Source: an uncultured virus (IMG/VR IMGVR_UViG_3300021431_000114) (lineage: Duplodnaviria; Heunggongvirae; Uroviricota; Caudoviricetes). Taken from it: a stretch of DNA of 64,000 bases. A model generated the notes under the pieces. It did not search any database and was not told where the DNA came from. It saw nothing but the letters and a program-made list of their open reading frames with translations. The stretch is from IMG/VR virus record IMGVR_UViG_3300021431_000114, positions 1-64,000 of that record; one strand, 5' to 3'. Positions 39,062 to 48,814 of the stretch are shown piece after piece; positions within the stretch are counted from its first letter, which is position 1; each line of letters starts with the position of its first letter. Made by a program: the position numbers and the translations under genes.

Positions 39062-39877
39062 ATGACATCAACGACAAAAAAACTGAAAAAATTTGAGCAG
39101 CGTGTGCAGCAGGAAGTCAAGAAGCTGCAACGTACTGTGTATGCAAAGCGGTTAGAACATACACGCCTGCGCGACGCTGCTATGGAGAAGCGCAAGACGG
39201 AAACACCCGAGGAACGGGAGCAGCGCATGACAGCGATTGCAACGTTCTACAGCGTATTCTTCATCAACGACATCGTAGGCAGCTTGGTCGTGGATTTAGT
39301 TGCAGCAGTACGCAATGACACGGACATTTACCGCTTCACGGAGAAGCACGAAATAGAAATGCTGGAAGGCTCGCGCACGCTGTACGAGCAGCGCCTTGAC
39401 AAAGTGGCAAGGAACTACGGATATTATCTGTACGACATGATGGACTACGTTTCGGAAAAGCTGCGTAACGACATCTTCCTGTACCGCAACGCCGTACAGA
39501 TGCAGTTTATGAAGAACAAGCTGCCAAAGTACGAGCTGCTTGCGCTGCTGGAAACAGCACGCTCGCTTGCCTGGTATGCGTGCCAGCTGTGCGACGCACG
39601 CATCAAGTCCATTTCAAAGTACGAGGACTTGGCGTTTGAGTTCCAGCGTTGCCGCATTACGGACATTGAGCACAGGCTGACACGCTTTGCAGACAAGATG
39701 TACAAGCGTTACTGCCCAAAAGGCATTACTATCAAGCTGTACGAGGATGCAAACGCTGCAAACGGAGTGCAGATTATAGCCAACAAGATTGAAAGCGGCA
39801 ATATGATAGCTGCTGCCATACAGTTTGCGGACGGCAATGCAGCAAACAACAAAAACAAGCAGGAGGACGAACAATGA
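39062..39877 (+). CDS. hypothetical protein
   Basis: 271-aa ORF in operon. Confidence 0.7.
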   Translation: MTSTTKKLKKFEQRVQQEVKKLQRTVYAKRLEHTRLRDAAMEKRKTETPEEREQRMTAIATFYSVFFINDIVGSLVVDLVAAVRNDTDIYRFTEKHEIEMLEGSRTLYEQRLDKVARNYGYYLYDMMDYVSEKLRNDIFLYRNAVQMQFMKNKLPKYELLALLETARSLAWYACQLCDARIKSISKYEDLAFEFQRCRITDIEHRLTRFADKMYKRYCPKGITIKLYEDANAANGVQIIANKIESGNMIAAAIQFADGNAANNKNKQEDEQ

Positions 39878-40308
39878 GCAAAGTAAACCACAATGATCTG
39901 CGCGAGCGTGCTGCCATAGCTGCCATGCAAGGGCTGATAACGACAATGAGCAACACGCAGATTCTACAGACAATCTACAGCAAGGCAGCACAGGACGGCA
40001 TAGACACGGAAGCGTGGGTGGCAAAGACGGCTGCTGAATATGCGGACGAGCTTGTGAACGCGCTGTACCCAGAGCAGCAGGAAAAGCAGCAGGAAGAAGA
40101 AATCCGTGAGATAGCCGTCGGCGAGGAACGCGAGATTAACGGCTGCAAGTACCGCTGCGTAGTAGCGGACGGCAGGGATTGCGAATGCTGCGCACTCAAC
40201 GACGGCAGCGGCAATGCCGAATGCCAGCGTCCCGCTGGGTTTGGCTACTGTGCTGCTTGTTACCGCAAGGACGGAACAGATGTAATCTTTGAAAAAGTAA
40301 CCCAATAA
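39874..40308 (+). CDS. hypothetical protein with Cys-rich C-terminus
   Basis: AAIAAMQGL...AAEYADELV motif; CECC...C..C.RKDG..VIF. Confidence 0.7.
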   Translation: MSKVNHNDLRERAAIAAMQGLITTMSNTQILQTIYSKAAQDGIDTEAWVAKTAAEYADELVNALYPEQQEKQQEEEIREIAVGEEREINGCKYRCVVADGRDCECCALNDGSGNAECQRPAGFGYCAACYRKDGTDVIFEKVTQ

Positions 40309-40319
40309 CAAACAACAGT

Positions 40320-40565
40320 ATGGAAAAGAACGAAAAAGCAAGATGCCCGATTTGCGGGAAGTTCGCAAACAAGGCAATGGTTGACAAGTACAATGCGCTT
40401 GTCAATGAGAACAACGAAATGCGTAACAAGCTTATTGTTAAGGAAGGTCTTATCAATTCGCTTAAGAAAGAAAACGCACAGTTAAGCTATGCGAAAAATT
40501 CTGCGCTGGACGAGTTGAAGCGTTTGCGCAATCGCGGCTTTTGGGCAAGGCTGCTAAACAAGTAG
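40320..40565 (+). CDS. zinc-ribbon/coiled-coil protein
   Basis: RCPICGKF; C-terminal RGFWARLLNK. Confidence 0.65.
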   Translation: MEKNEKARCPICGKFANKAMVDKYNALVNENNEMRNKLIVKEGLINSLKKENAQLSYAKNSALDELKRLRNRGFWARLLNK

Positions 40566-40569
40566 GAAT

Positions 40570-41007
40570 ATGAGCAACCTTTGGCACACACTACAGGAGC
40601 AACAGCCGCGACGGAATAGCCGCGTGCTGTTGCAGTATGTTGACGGCTACGGCAACTTCTGTGACTACGACGTTGCAAGCTATACGCGGGTTGGGCATGG
40701 CGTGGACTGCACGCTCAACACGCACGGCACTACGCTGTTCTACGACAAGGTGAAACGCTGGATGCAGATAAGCGACATTGACAAGGAGCTTTGGCATACA
40801 GCGGACGAGAAACCGACAGAGGGCGCGTTTGTGCTTGCGCAGATATACCGCGAGCTGTGCGGCAGTATGGAAACGACGTACATCGTGCTACAGCGCAGAC
40901 AGCTGTCATGCCCCAAGTTCACGGGCATTGGATATGTGCGTTACAACTTGTACCACGAGGACGAGCGCGTTGTGCGCTGGTGCTACATAAAAGACTTGGC
41001 AAAATGA
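40570..41007 (+). CDS. hypothetical protein with duplicated WH..E.P domain
   Basis: two LWHT repeats; RWCYIKDL end. Confidence 0.65.
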   Translation: MSNLWHTLQEQQPRRNSRVLLQYVDGYGNFCDYDVASYTRVGHGVDCTLNTHGTTLFYDKVKRWMQISDIDKELWHTADEKPTEGAFVLAQIYRELCGSMETTYIVLQRRQLSCPKFTGIGYVRYNLYHEDERVVRWCYIKDLAK

Positions 41008-41378
41008 GGGATAGAATCTACATCAGCGGCCCAATTACGGGCTATGACATTGAGGAACGCAGAAAAGCTTTCAAGAAAGCACAGCTGTACCTTGAACAGG
41101 AATGTGGATTCAAGCGCACCTTCAACCCAATGGAAAACGGACTGCCTGCCAATGCGCACAGGTCGGAGCACATAAGGGAAGATTTGAAGCAGTTGCTTAA
41201 GTGTACGTCAATCTATTTGATGCGCGGCTGGGAGAAAAGCGCGGGCTGTCAGCTGGAGTTCCAAACGGCTACGCAGATAGGGTTGGCTGTGCTGCCCGAA
41301 GCGCATGGTAAGTGGATTGTGGACTTTTCAATAGCAAAATTTATGGACTATGAAAAAGATAACAAGAAAACAGTTTGA
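41004..41378 (+). CDS. DUF4406 / nucleoside 2-deoxyribosyltransferase-like protein
   Basis: RIYISGPITG...FNP...IYLMRGWEKSAGCQLE; start moved to ATG 41004. Confidence 0.88.
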   Translation: MRDRIYISGPITGYDIEERRKAFKKAQLYLEQECGFKRTFNPMENGLPANAHRSEHIREDLKQLLKCTSIYLMRGWEKSAGCQLEFQTATQIGLAVLPEAHGKWIVDFSIAKFMDYEKDNKKTV

Positions 41379-41447
41379 GCTTGGCTGCGGATGCATCTGC
41401 TGGGCAGTGCTCGCGGCAGCTGTGTGGGCGTTAATAAAGTTTGTGCT

Positions 41448-41678
41448 ATGAGGTACGCGCTACGCCACCAGCAGAAGATTGAACAGGCATACGGGCAGCA
41501 GTACGTTGAGCAGCTGCTTAAGTGCCTGACGAAGTTCTTTGACGTGTACAGCAGCGAGGAAGTGCTGCAAGCAGTCAAGACTGATTTCCCGTACCCGGTG
41601 CTGCGCGTGTCGCAGTACGACTTCTACGTGACAAAGCAAGTGTACGACGTGCTGCACTTGGCGTTGAAAGTGAAATAA
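41448..41678 (+). CDS. hypothetical protein
   Basis: MRYALRHQQKI...; start moved to ATG 41448. Confidence 0.55.
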   Translation: MRYALRHQQKIEQAYGQQYVEQLLKCLTKFFDVYSSEEVLQAVKTDFPYPVLRVSQYDFYVTKQVYDVLHLALKVK

Positions 41679-41776
41679 GCGGTTTTTAGAGCGTTTTGCA
41701 GCTTCGCCCGATACGTTGCAGGCAAGCAGCGTAAAAGGGCAGCACAGCAAGCGCAAAGGAGCAAAACGAGCAATAA

Positions 41777-42277
41777 ATGGCAACAAGGTTTGACAAGATG
41801 TTAGAAAAGGAGCGTACAGCGGCAAAGCAGTACGACTATGCGATAGGAATAGATACGGGCGTAAACACAGCGATTGCCGTCTGGGATATTAGGCGCAAGC
41901 TGTTCATCCACGTTGAGACGACGATGATCCACCGTGCGCTGCTGTACATTTGGCAGTTCATGCAGAAGTGTGAGCAGCAAAGCGCATCGTTTTACGTGCG
42001 CGTCGAGGACGCAAGGCAGCGCAACTGGTTTGGGCCGCGCTCGCAATACAAGCTGCAAGGTGCTGGAAGCGTCAAGCGCGATAGTAAGATTTGGGAAGAT
42101 TTCTTGCGCGACTACCACATCAGCTTTGAAATGGTAGCACCACAGCGGCAGCAGGGCTTAACAAAAATGTCAGCAGCAGCGTTTAAGCAGCTCACACACT
42201 ACACGGGCAGGACAACGGAGCACTCACGCGACGCTGCAATGCTTGTATTTGGAAGTAACAGAACAATACCATTTTGA
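41777..42277 (+). CDS. RuvC-like Holliday junction resolvase
   Basis: IGIDTG, VED and HSRDAAML acidic motifs of the RNase H/RuvC fold. Confidence 0.75.
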   Translation: MATRFDKMLEKERTAAKQYDYAIGIDTGVNTAIAVWDIRRKLFIHVETTMIHRALLYIWQFMQKCEQQSASFYVRVEDARQRNWFGPRSQYKLQGAGSVKRDSKIWEDFLRDYHISFEMVAPQRQQGLTKMSAAAFKQLTHYTGRTTEHSRDAAMLVFGSNRTIPF

Positions 42278-42744
42278 CTATGATTAGAGAAGTAAGAAGT
42301 AAAACAAACAAGCATTTTCACTTTCCGCAAGGCAAAGTGTTCAAGGCATGGCGACCCAACATCAACAACGTGCTCGTCTTTGACGGGAAGCATGCGCTGC
42401 TGCTGGGTATCTGCCGTTTCTATATGGACTTTGAAGTAGTGCAGCACAAGGAGCTGGCGCTTGACATAGACGGAAGCGGGCAGGCTTGCAAGCAAGTCCT
42501 TATTGAAAACCAAAAGCAGCTGCTTGAAGCTATTGCATTGTACAAAAAACTATATCCGCAGTCATACACACGCTTTGACGAGCTTTACTGTTGGCTGCGC
42601 GACGATGCGGACAGGAACAGCGGCGGTGGACTGTTTGGGCATAGCGTCGCAGGCGAGCTGGATGACGATTGCTACGGGTTTGAATGCCGTCATAACGACG
42701 AGCAGGCAGTAGTGTACAAGTACGTGGGTATTTGCAAGTGCTAA
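42274..42744 (+). CDS. hypothetical protein
   Basis: 156-aa ORF; start uncertain. Confidence 0.55.
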   Translation: MTMIREVRSKTNKHFHFPQGKVFKAWRPNINNVLVFDGKHALLLGICRFYMDFEVVQHKELALDIDGSGQACKQVLIENQKQLLEAIALYKKLYPQSYTRFDELYCWLRDDADRNSGGGLFGHSVAGELDDDCYGFECRHNDEQAVVYKYVGICKC

Positions 42745-42814
42745 CGGTTAAGCAACGGTTAATTCCCAGGCACAAGGGTTAAGTATGGGTAAAAATGCTT
42801 AGTTTTGCTTAGTT

Positions 42815-42851
42815 TTATTAGGTTTTTGCAAATAAAGTCCGTAACTTTGCC
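42815..42851 (+). promoter_or_regulatory. early promoter P2: TTATTAGGTTT-N16-TAACTTTGCC
   Basis: same boxes and spacing as P1 and P3. Confidence 0.85.
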
Positions 42852-42894
42852 CTACGACAAACGACATAAGTTTAACTTTTTAATAGATACGACA

Positions 42895-43620
42895 ATGACA
42901 CAGAAAGAAAAATTGTACTTCGAGTACTTGAAATTCCAAAACAGCATTTACGCTGTAAAGGGCGAGACAGTCAAGCAGATTAACTTGGACGAGTTCAGCA
43001 AGACAGGCCGCTTCATGGTGGAAGCAAGAAACTCCAAGGTTTACGAGTTGCAGGAAAGCATCAAGTACGCAAAACAGCAGCTTGAACGCTACGAGCAGGA
43101 AGCAAAGCGCGACGCATGGTTTGAGACCGCAGAGGGCATGCAGTTCAAGCAGGACATGGAAACGCGCATTGAAGCACTTAAGGAGCGCATGCGGGCTGCA
43201 TACTTTGTAGCATTTGAGCACACACGCGACGAAGTGCGCAAGCTGCTGGGCGCACATGTTGACGTAACCAACTTCGGTGTGGGTTGCATGACGATAGGTA
43301 TTGTTAAGAGCTATGACAAGGACGGCAACGCAGAAGAACTTTTCGGACACACGTTTGAGGTGTGGTTCGGGCGTGACGTATTCAAGCCGTTGCGCTGGGA
43401 ACTTAACTACGGAACGATTGGCGGTTTCGACCTTGACACGGACATCACACGCACACAGCACCTTGTAGCTCTTAGCACATTCGCAGCCAACAAAACGGTT
43501 GTCCCTGCACTGCGTGACTACCTGCACGCTTTTGTACAGCAGCACTACGAAATGCGCGAGCAGCTGGATAAGCTGGAGCGCGAGCTTAACAACCCCACTG
43601 CACTAACCAACAAGGAGTAA
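42895..43620 (+). CDS. hypothetical protein
   Basis: start at ACGACAATG (42895), after P2. Confidence 0.75.
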   Translation: MTQKEKLYFEYLKFQNSIYAVKGETVKQINLDEFSKTGRFMVEARNSKVYELQESIKYAKQQLERYEQEAKRDAWFETAEGMQFKQDMETRIEALKERMRAAYFVAFEHTRDEVRKLLGAHVDVTNFGVGCMTIGIVKSYDKDGNAEELFGHTFEVWFGRDVFKPLRWELNYGTIGGFDLDTDITRTQHLVALSTFAANKTVVPALRDYLHAFVQQHYEMREQLDKLERELNNPTALTNKE

Positions 43621-43625
43621 GGACT

Positions 43626-43973
43626 ATGAAAAGGAACTATGAAGTAGCCTTGATGCAGCACGTAGCAGGCAGTGTTGAGGACGATTACGAAACAGTGACA
43701 TTCGAGTGCGAGGGTGGTTACGGCTACTACGAGTGCAAGCGCAAAGCGAAGGAGTTTTCAAAGCACATTGGCAAGGTAAACGTACCGGGCTGTGGCTACA
43801 CTTTCAACGGAAGGACACCCAATAGCGACTTCCCGCAACAGCGCCTTGACGCTGGGCTTGCTGCTGTCAAAATAGTGTGTTACACGGAAACGGAAGAAAC
43901 GTCCTACGAGCCGTTGTATTACGAGTATTACAAGGACGGCAAAGTTGACTACAAGATTGATTTTACTAAATAG
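43626..43973 (+). CDS. hypothetical protein
   Basis: 115-aa ORF. Confidence 0.65.
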   Translation: MKRNYEVALMQHVAGSVEDDYETVTFECEGGYGYYECKRKAKEFSKHIGKVNVPGCGYTFNGRTPNSDFPQQRLDAGLAAVKIVCYTETEETSYEPLYYEYYKDGKVDYKIDFTK

Positions 43974-44015
43974 CACAGCTATAGCAAGAACGATAACGAA
44001 TAACAGCAAGCAACT

Positions 44016-44387
44016 ATGACAGAGCAAGAATTGAAAAAGTACAAGCTGGAAGTGCCAAAGGAATTCCTGATTAAGGTGCGTGACATACGCAGGGTTGACA
44101 AGTACGGCGTGTACGAGACAGGGCTGTACAAGTACAAGGGCATGGATATTCTGATAACGGTTGACGCGAAGAAGTGGCACTTGTCCGTCAGCGCGAAGTT
44201 CCCGCTGGGCTACCAGCAGCTGAAGGACGTGCGCTACAAGTTCATGCCCAACGATATGAGCGTTGCCCAGATATTCCCACGGCGTGAGGAATTTGTCAAC
44301 GTGCATACGTGCTGCTGGCATCTGTGGGAGATAGACGAGGACGAGGAAGAATTGAACAAGTACAGCGTCGACAGCGAACATGAGTAA
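44016..44387 (+). CDS. conserved phage protein
   Basis: WHLSVS...P....LKDVRYKFMP...QIFP...FVNVH..CWHLWE motifs. Confidence 0.7.
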   Translation: MTEQELKKYKLEVPKEFLIKVRDIRRVDKYGVYETGLYKYKGMDILITVDAKKWHLSVSAKFPLGYQQLKDVRYKFMPNDMSVAQIFPRREEFVNVHTCCWHLWEIDEDEEELNKYSVDSEHE

Positions 44388-44547
44388 CAAGATACTGCAC
44401 TTTGCCCTTTGGCTGCTGTTTGTCTGCTGCCTTGCAGCGTGCATTTACTTCGCGCTGCACGCGCAATACATGGAAGCTGGCATGTTTGTACTGAGCACAG
44501 GGCAAAGTGCGTGTAATCTCATTTTATTTAAGGAAACGGAGCTATGA
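44380..44547 (+). CDS. small membrane protein (55 aa)
   Basis: read by hand; hydrophobic. Confidence 0.45.
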   Translation: MSNKILHFALWLLFVCCLAACIYFALHAQYMEAGMFVLSTGQSACNLILFKETEL

Positions 44548-44705
44548 TAGTAGACATCACTTTTATTGCAGAACAAGGAAAGCTTAAGCTTGAACAGTGC
44601 AACAAATCCCCATTGGTTGAAGCGGTAGAGGAATCGTTAAAGGACTTTGACGACCTTTGCATTGGCAAGCCCAAGAAAATAGTTATTGACATCCTAAAAA
44701 AGTAG
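44544..44705 (+). CDS. small hypothetical protein (53 aa)
   Basis: read by hand; ATGA overlap. Confidence 0.45.
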   Translation: MIVDITFIAEQGKLKLEQCNKSPLVEAVEESLKDFDDLCIGKPKKIVIDILKK

Positions 44706-44712
44706 TACGACT

Positions 44713-45225
44713 ATGGCACAGCAGAAGATGATTGGCTCGGAAGCGTTTGTGGAGCGCATACAAGCGTTTTTGGACGAGCTGGCTGCAACGGACGAAGCGT
44801 TTGCAGCAAAGCTTAAGAAAGACAAGCGCACGGTGCAGGACTGCGCAAACTGGATGATTGAAAAGCTTGCACAGGACTTCCGCGACACGGGCAAAATGGG
44901 CTACGACGACAGCGAGATTTACGGGCTCGCCCTGCATTTCTTCGACGAGCCGGAACTGAAAGCAAAGGGCAACCTTAACTTTCAAGGGCTGATAATGAGC
45001 AACCGCCCTCGCACGCAGGAGTACAAGCCGCGTGAGCTGACGGACGAGGAAAAAGCAGGCTTGGATGCAGCAGCACGCGAGCAGTACAAGCAGGAGCAAG
45101 TGCGCAAGCTGCGCGAAGCGGAGCAGAAAGCACAGGAAGCAGAGCAAAGACGCTTGGAGCGCATCAAGGAGAAGCGACAGAAGCAGGCAGAACAGTATGC
45201 ACAACCCTCATTATTCGACATGTAG
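44713..45225 (+). CDS. PcfK-like (AcrIIA9-related) protein
   Basis: DEAFA..L....RTVQDC...GYDDSEIYGLALHFFDE and QPSLFD end; upstream of PcfJ. Confidence 0.8.
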   Translation: MAQQKMIGSEAFVERIQAFLDELAATDEAFAAKLKKDKRTVQDCANWMIEKLAQDFRDTGKMGYDDSEIYGLALHFFDEPELKAKGNLNFQGLIMSNRPRTQEYKPRELTDEEKAGLDAAAREQYKQEQVRKLREAEQKAQEAEQRRLERIKEKRQKQAEQYAQPSLFDM

Positions 45226-45227
45226 CT

Positions 45228-45755
45228 ATGACACAGATACAAGTTTACCAAGAAATGTATGTTGACGCATTAAAGCGTCGCATCAGCGCATCAGTGGACG
45301 AAGAGAATGCGCTGAAAAACATCTTTGGCTTAAAGATTGATTATGTTGGAAAGCAAGTTGCTGATAAGGTTTACAATCTTGACGGCTGCTTGTACAAAGT
45401 AGTGTGCATGAAATACTGTGACTGCTGGAGCTACGATAACGGTGTCAAATTTGAGTTGAACTTCGCCATTGTACCACAAAGCGTGCGTGAAGCTTTCACC
45501 TTGACAAAAACGGAGCGCAAGCTGCTTGACGCTTACGAGCGTGACGTTTTTGAGAAATTCACGAAAAAGCCTTCAAAAGAAAACAGTGTGCTTTTGGATA
45601 AATTGCACCGGGATTTCTACTGGCCTTTGTACAACTGCAAGAACTGTATAACGCCTGTTAAAGACTTCGCATGGATGTACAAACTTGAAGAAATTACATG
45701 CAGCACGTTTGCAACGAACGGAATGATTTACGAGAACGGAAAAACTCTTTGGTAA
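45228..45755 (+). CDS. hypothetical protein
   Basis: 175-aa ORF between pcfK-like and pcfJ-like genes. Confidence 0.65.
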   Translation: MTQIQVYQEMYVDALKRRISASVDEENALKNIFGLKIDYVGKQVADKVYNLDGCLYKVVCMKYCDCWSYDNGVKFELNFAIVPQSVREAFTLTKTERKLLDAYERDVFEKFTKKPSKENSVLLDKLHRDFYWPLYNCKNCITPVKDFAWMYKLEEITCSTFATNGMIYENGKTLW

Positions 45756-45761
45756 GCAGCT

Positions 45762-47072
45762 ATGAAGCCACATACAAAAGCACATAATGAGGTGATGCAG
45801 CTGCGCGAACAGCTGCGCCCTCTTACAGCAAAGGAAAGATGCTGGGCGTTGAAGCACGTGCCGTACTTTACGGGTCATGCAAGCTACGGCAAGGTAACGT
45901 GCCAGCACTGCGGACACGTCTTTGAGCACAACGGCAAGGACGAGCAGCGTTGCCCACACTGCAAACGGACGCTGCACATCACGCAGACGAAGAAGGAAAG
46001 TGCGGACGATATAGAGTGCTTCGTGCTGATGGACGCAGTGGGGCAGTGGCAGGTGATGCGCTACTTGCACGTCATTACACAAAGCAGGAAGCGCGGCACG
46101 AAAACATCAACGCGCATTTCGGAAATCATGCAGCGTTGGATCGGCGCGGATGGCAAGTACGTTATAGTTGCCAAGCAGCGCAACATCTGCTTCTACAACA
46201 TACGCTGGGTGTATGACAGCGATATGCAGATACACGGCATACCTGACGAGCACTACATCAACCGCATAGACCACGAGGGCTTTTGCACGTACACCGTGCG
46301 CAAGTGGCACGCTGCGCTGCAACACGTGCAGTACGACTTCGACAAGCTGCAAATGCCGCTGTTCAACTTTGTGCGTGCTTTCATGTCAAGCTCCTACGCG
46401 GAAACGCTGTTCAAGCAAGGACGCTTGCAGCTGTTCAAGTACTGTGCGGAAAACAACTTGTTTGGCAGCAAGGAGTTCGTTGCAGCCATGCGTATTGCGC
46501 TGCGTCACAAGTACGACATTGAAAAGGACGTTACACTTTGGTGTGACTACGTGCAAACGCTGCTGAAGCTCAAAAAGGACGTGCATAATGCTGTGTACGT
46601 CTGCCCGAAGGACTTGCACGCTGCGCATGACTTGTACTTACAGCGTTGGCGCAAGATTGAAGCGGAAAAGCAGCGCAAGCTTGACGAAAAGCGCAAGCTT
46701 GAAAAGGTGCTGCGTGCAAAGATGGATAACGAAGCGTACATCAAGCGCATGCAGCCGTTCCTTGGGCTGCTGTTTACGGACGGCAAGGGCATTTCGCTTC
46801 ATGTCCTGCGCGACGTTTCGGAGTTCGCAGAAGAAGCCGCCGTTATGCAGCACTGCGTTTTTGATAACGCGTATTACAAAAAGCCGCAGTCGCTTATTAT
46901 GAGTGCGCAGGTAAACGGGACACGCACGGAAACGGTGGAAGTGTCGCTGACTGATTTTACTATACAGCAGTCACGCGGGCACAGGAACTACCCGAGCAAG
47001 TACCACAAGCGCATTGTACAGCTTGTAAGGAATAGCTTGCCAATGATTAAGCAGGCTGCGTGTGCAGGGTGA
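45762..47072 (+). CDS. PcfJ-like protein
   Basis: CQHCG/CPHC zinc ribbon, WCDY, CPKDLHAAHD, MQHCVF, TETVEV, QSRG motifs. Confidence 0.88.
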   Translation: MKPHTKAHNEVMQLREQLRPLTAKERCWALKHVPYFTGHASYGKVTCQHCGHVFEHNGKDEQRCPHCKRTLHITQTKKESADDIECFVLMDAVGQWQVMRYLHVITQSRKRGTKTSTRISEIMQRWIGADGKYVIVAKQRNICFYNIRWVYDSDMQIHGIPDEHYINRIDHEGFCTYTVRKWHAALQHVQYDFDKLQMPLFNFVRAFMSSSYAETLFKQGRLQLFKYCAENNLFGSKEFVAAMRIALRHKYDIEKDVTLWCDYVQTLLKLKKDVHNAVYVCPKDLHAAHDLYLQRWRKIEAEKQRKLDEKRKLEKVLRAKMDNEAYIKRMQPFLGLLFTDGKGISLHVLRDVSEFAEEAAVMQHCVFDNAYYKKPQSLIMSAQVNGTRTETVEVSLTDFTIQQSRGHRNYPSKYHKRIVQLVRNSLPMIKQAACAG

Positions 47073-47112
47073 AAAAGTTTGATAAAATGTTTGCTGTTCA
47101 AACAAAAAATAC

Positions 47113-47121
47113 TACCTTTGC
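47113..47121 (+). promoter_or_regulatory. putative antirepressor promoter (-7 box TACCTTTGC)
   Basis: Bacteroidota consensus in an intergenic region. Confidence 0.6.
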
Positions 47122-47281
47122 AGCGCGAACGACATAGGCGAACAAAGGTTCAAAAAGATTAAAGTGGGTTACGAAATTTGCATACTCCAAGTCTTACGGG
47201 TAATTTTGCCCTTGCTAATATGTTTGTCGTGTTGGGCCAACAACGTTAAAAATGGCACGTTGAACTGTAAAACTTTTGAGG

Positions 47282-47380
47282 GTAAGACATAAGGCGATTG
47301 CCTTTTTGCGTATTGAAATGCATCAGCACGACAATGATTAGCGGCGCAAAAATGGGCAGTCGCCTTTTCCTATGCCTTAC
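47282..47380 (+). ncRNA. long stem-loop leader of the antirepressor gene
   Basis: GTAAGACATA/TATGCCTTAC, AAGGCGATTGCC/GGCAGTCGCCTT and TTTTTGCG/CGCAAAAA pairings; loop holds an in-frame ACGACAATG. Confidence 0.6.
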
Positions 47381-48278
47381 AACCGTACTAACGCTAATCA
47401 GTATGGAACAAAAACGAAATGTAACGCAGGACGCAAGCCTGCAAGTAGTAAACGCGCTGGAAGATGAAATAAAGCTTGCACGCAAAGACGGGTTGGTACT
47501 TGTACCCGTCGAAGAAAAGCAAGGAGTGCAGACAGTTAATGCACGTGACTTGCATAAGTATCTGGGAAGCCGTCAAGACTTCTCTACTTGGATAAAGTCG
47601 CGCATTGAACATTGCGACTTGGTGGAAAATGTGGACTACACAACGTTTGCTCCACAAAATTATGGAGCAAAGCAAAGGGGTGGCCACAATCGCATTGACT
47701 ACGTGCTAACAATCACCGCTGCCAAGGAGCTTGCAATGGTAGAGGGAACGCAACGCGGAAAGCTCGCACGCAGATACTTTATTGTATGTGAGGAAAAGCT
47801 TAAGCAGCTCATGCGTCAGCCCTCTTACAAGATTGACGACCCGATAGCACGCGCTCGTCGCTGGGCAAATGAACAGGAGCAGCATTTGCGCCAGCTGCAA
47901 GGTGTACGTGTCGAGCTGGACGAGCAAAAACTTCTTGTATCGCAGCAGAAAGAGCAGTTAAAGGAACAGCAGCCCAAAGTGCAGTTTCTTGACAACGTGC
48001 TTGCATCCAGCACTTGCTACACCAGCACGCAGATAGCTAAGGAGCTTGGCATATCCGGCGGCAAAACGCTTCACAAGCTGCTGCACAAGGCAAAAGTGAT
48101 GTTCAAGGAAAGTAATACTTGGATGCTCTATGCCAAATACGACGGCAAGGGTTACACGCAGACACGTACTCACATGCACATTACGGAGGGAAACAACCCC
48201 ATCACTAAGACTTACACAGTATGGACGGAGAAAGGGCGTATGTTCCTCCACGAGTTAAAGAATCAAGGTAAAATCTAA
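47334..48278 (+). CDS. phage antirepressor (AntA/AntB N-terminal + KilAC C-terminal)
   Basis: VNARDLHKYL...DFSTWIK...AKELAMVE...ARRYFI; QPKVQF...TQIAKELG...WTEKGRMF; start 47334 or 47403. Confidence 0.92.
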   Translation: MISGAKMGSRLFLCLTTVLTLISMEQKRNVTQDASLQVVNALEDEIKLARKDGLVLVPVEEKQGVQTVNARDLHKYLGSRQDFSTWIKSRIEHCDLVENVDYTTFAPQNYGAKQRGGHNRIDYVLTITAAKELAMVEGTQRGKLARRYFIVCEEKLKQLMRQPSYKIDDPIARARRWANEQEQHLRQLQGVRVELDEQKLLVSQQKEQLKEQQPKVQFLDNVLASSTCYTSTQIAKELGISGGKTLHKLLHKAKVMFKESNTWMLYAKYDGKGYTQTRTHMHITEGNNPITKTYTVWTEKGRMFLHELKNQGKI

Positions 48279-48291
48279 AGCAGAAACGACA

Positions 48292-48546
48292 ATGACAACG
48301 AATGAAGTAAAGAACGCCACTATTGGCAAGCAGACAAGAGGATGGTTAAGCTGCATAGCACAGCTGGACGAGTTATATAACAGCATCTACGCACAGTTAG
48401 AAGCACAGTACATTGACGGCAAGAGCATAGACGAGCAGTCACGAAAACTGTGCGAGCCGTACAATGCTTTCCGCAGTGCCTTACTTGGGTACATGACGGA
48501 AAACATCAACGACAACTTGAACAGCGTCGAAGGAACAGAGATTTAA
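48292..48546 (+). CDS. hypothetical protein
   Basis: 84 aa, ACGACAATG start. Confidence 0.7.
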   Translation: MTTNEVKNATIGKQTRGWLSCIAQLDELYNSIYAQLEAQYIDGKSIDEQSRKLCEPYNAFRSALLGYMTENINDNLNSVEGTEI

Positions 48547-48563
48547 GTCAGCATACAAAGTAG

Positions 48564-48595
48564 GCAGGTACAGAAGATTACTGTACCTGCTTTTT
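48564..48595 (+). terminator. intrinsic terminator
   Basis: GCAGGTACAG/CTGTACCTGC 10-bp stem + TTTTT. Confidence 0.8.
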
Positions 48596-48814
48596 CTCTA
48601 AATACTTAATAGCCGCTTCTACTATGTAGCGGAAGCCCATTGTAAACGGAAAGCTGATAACGCATATTGCGCCGATAGCAAGAAACGGTGCTGGGTCGGG
48701 ATGATGCGTGTACGTTGAGTACAGTTCGTGCAAGCCCTTTATCAGGCTTGCAACGCCTGCCACGAGCATAACGTAGGCAAGCACTGTTAGAATTGTAATT
48801 GTTCCTTTCTTCAT
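48578..48814 (-). CDS. small two-TM membrane protein (moron-like)
   Basis: MKKGTITILTVLAYVMLVAGV... with two hydrophobic helices; opposite strand to neighbours. Confidence 0.65.
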   Translation of the reverse strand: MKKGTITILTVLAYVMLVAGVASLIKGLHELYSTYTHHPDPAPFLAIGAICVISFPFTMGFRYIVEAAIKYLEKKQVQ

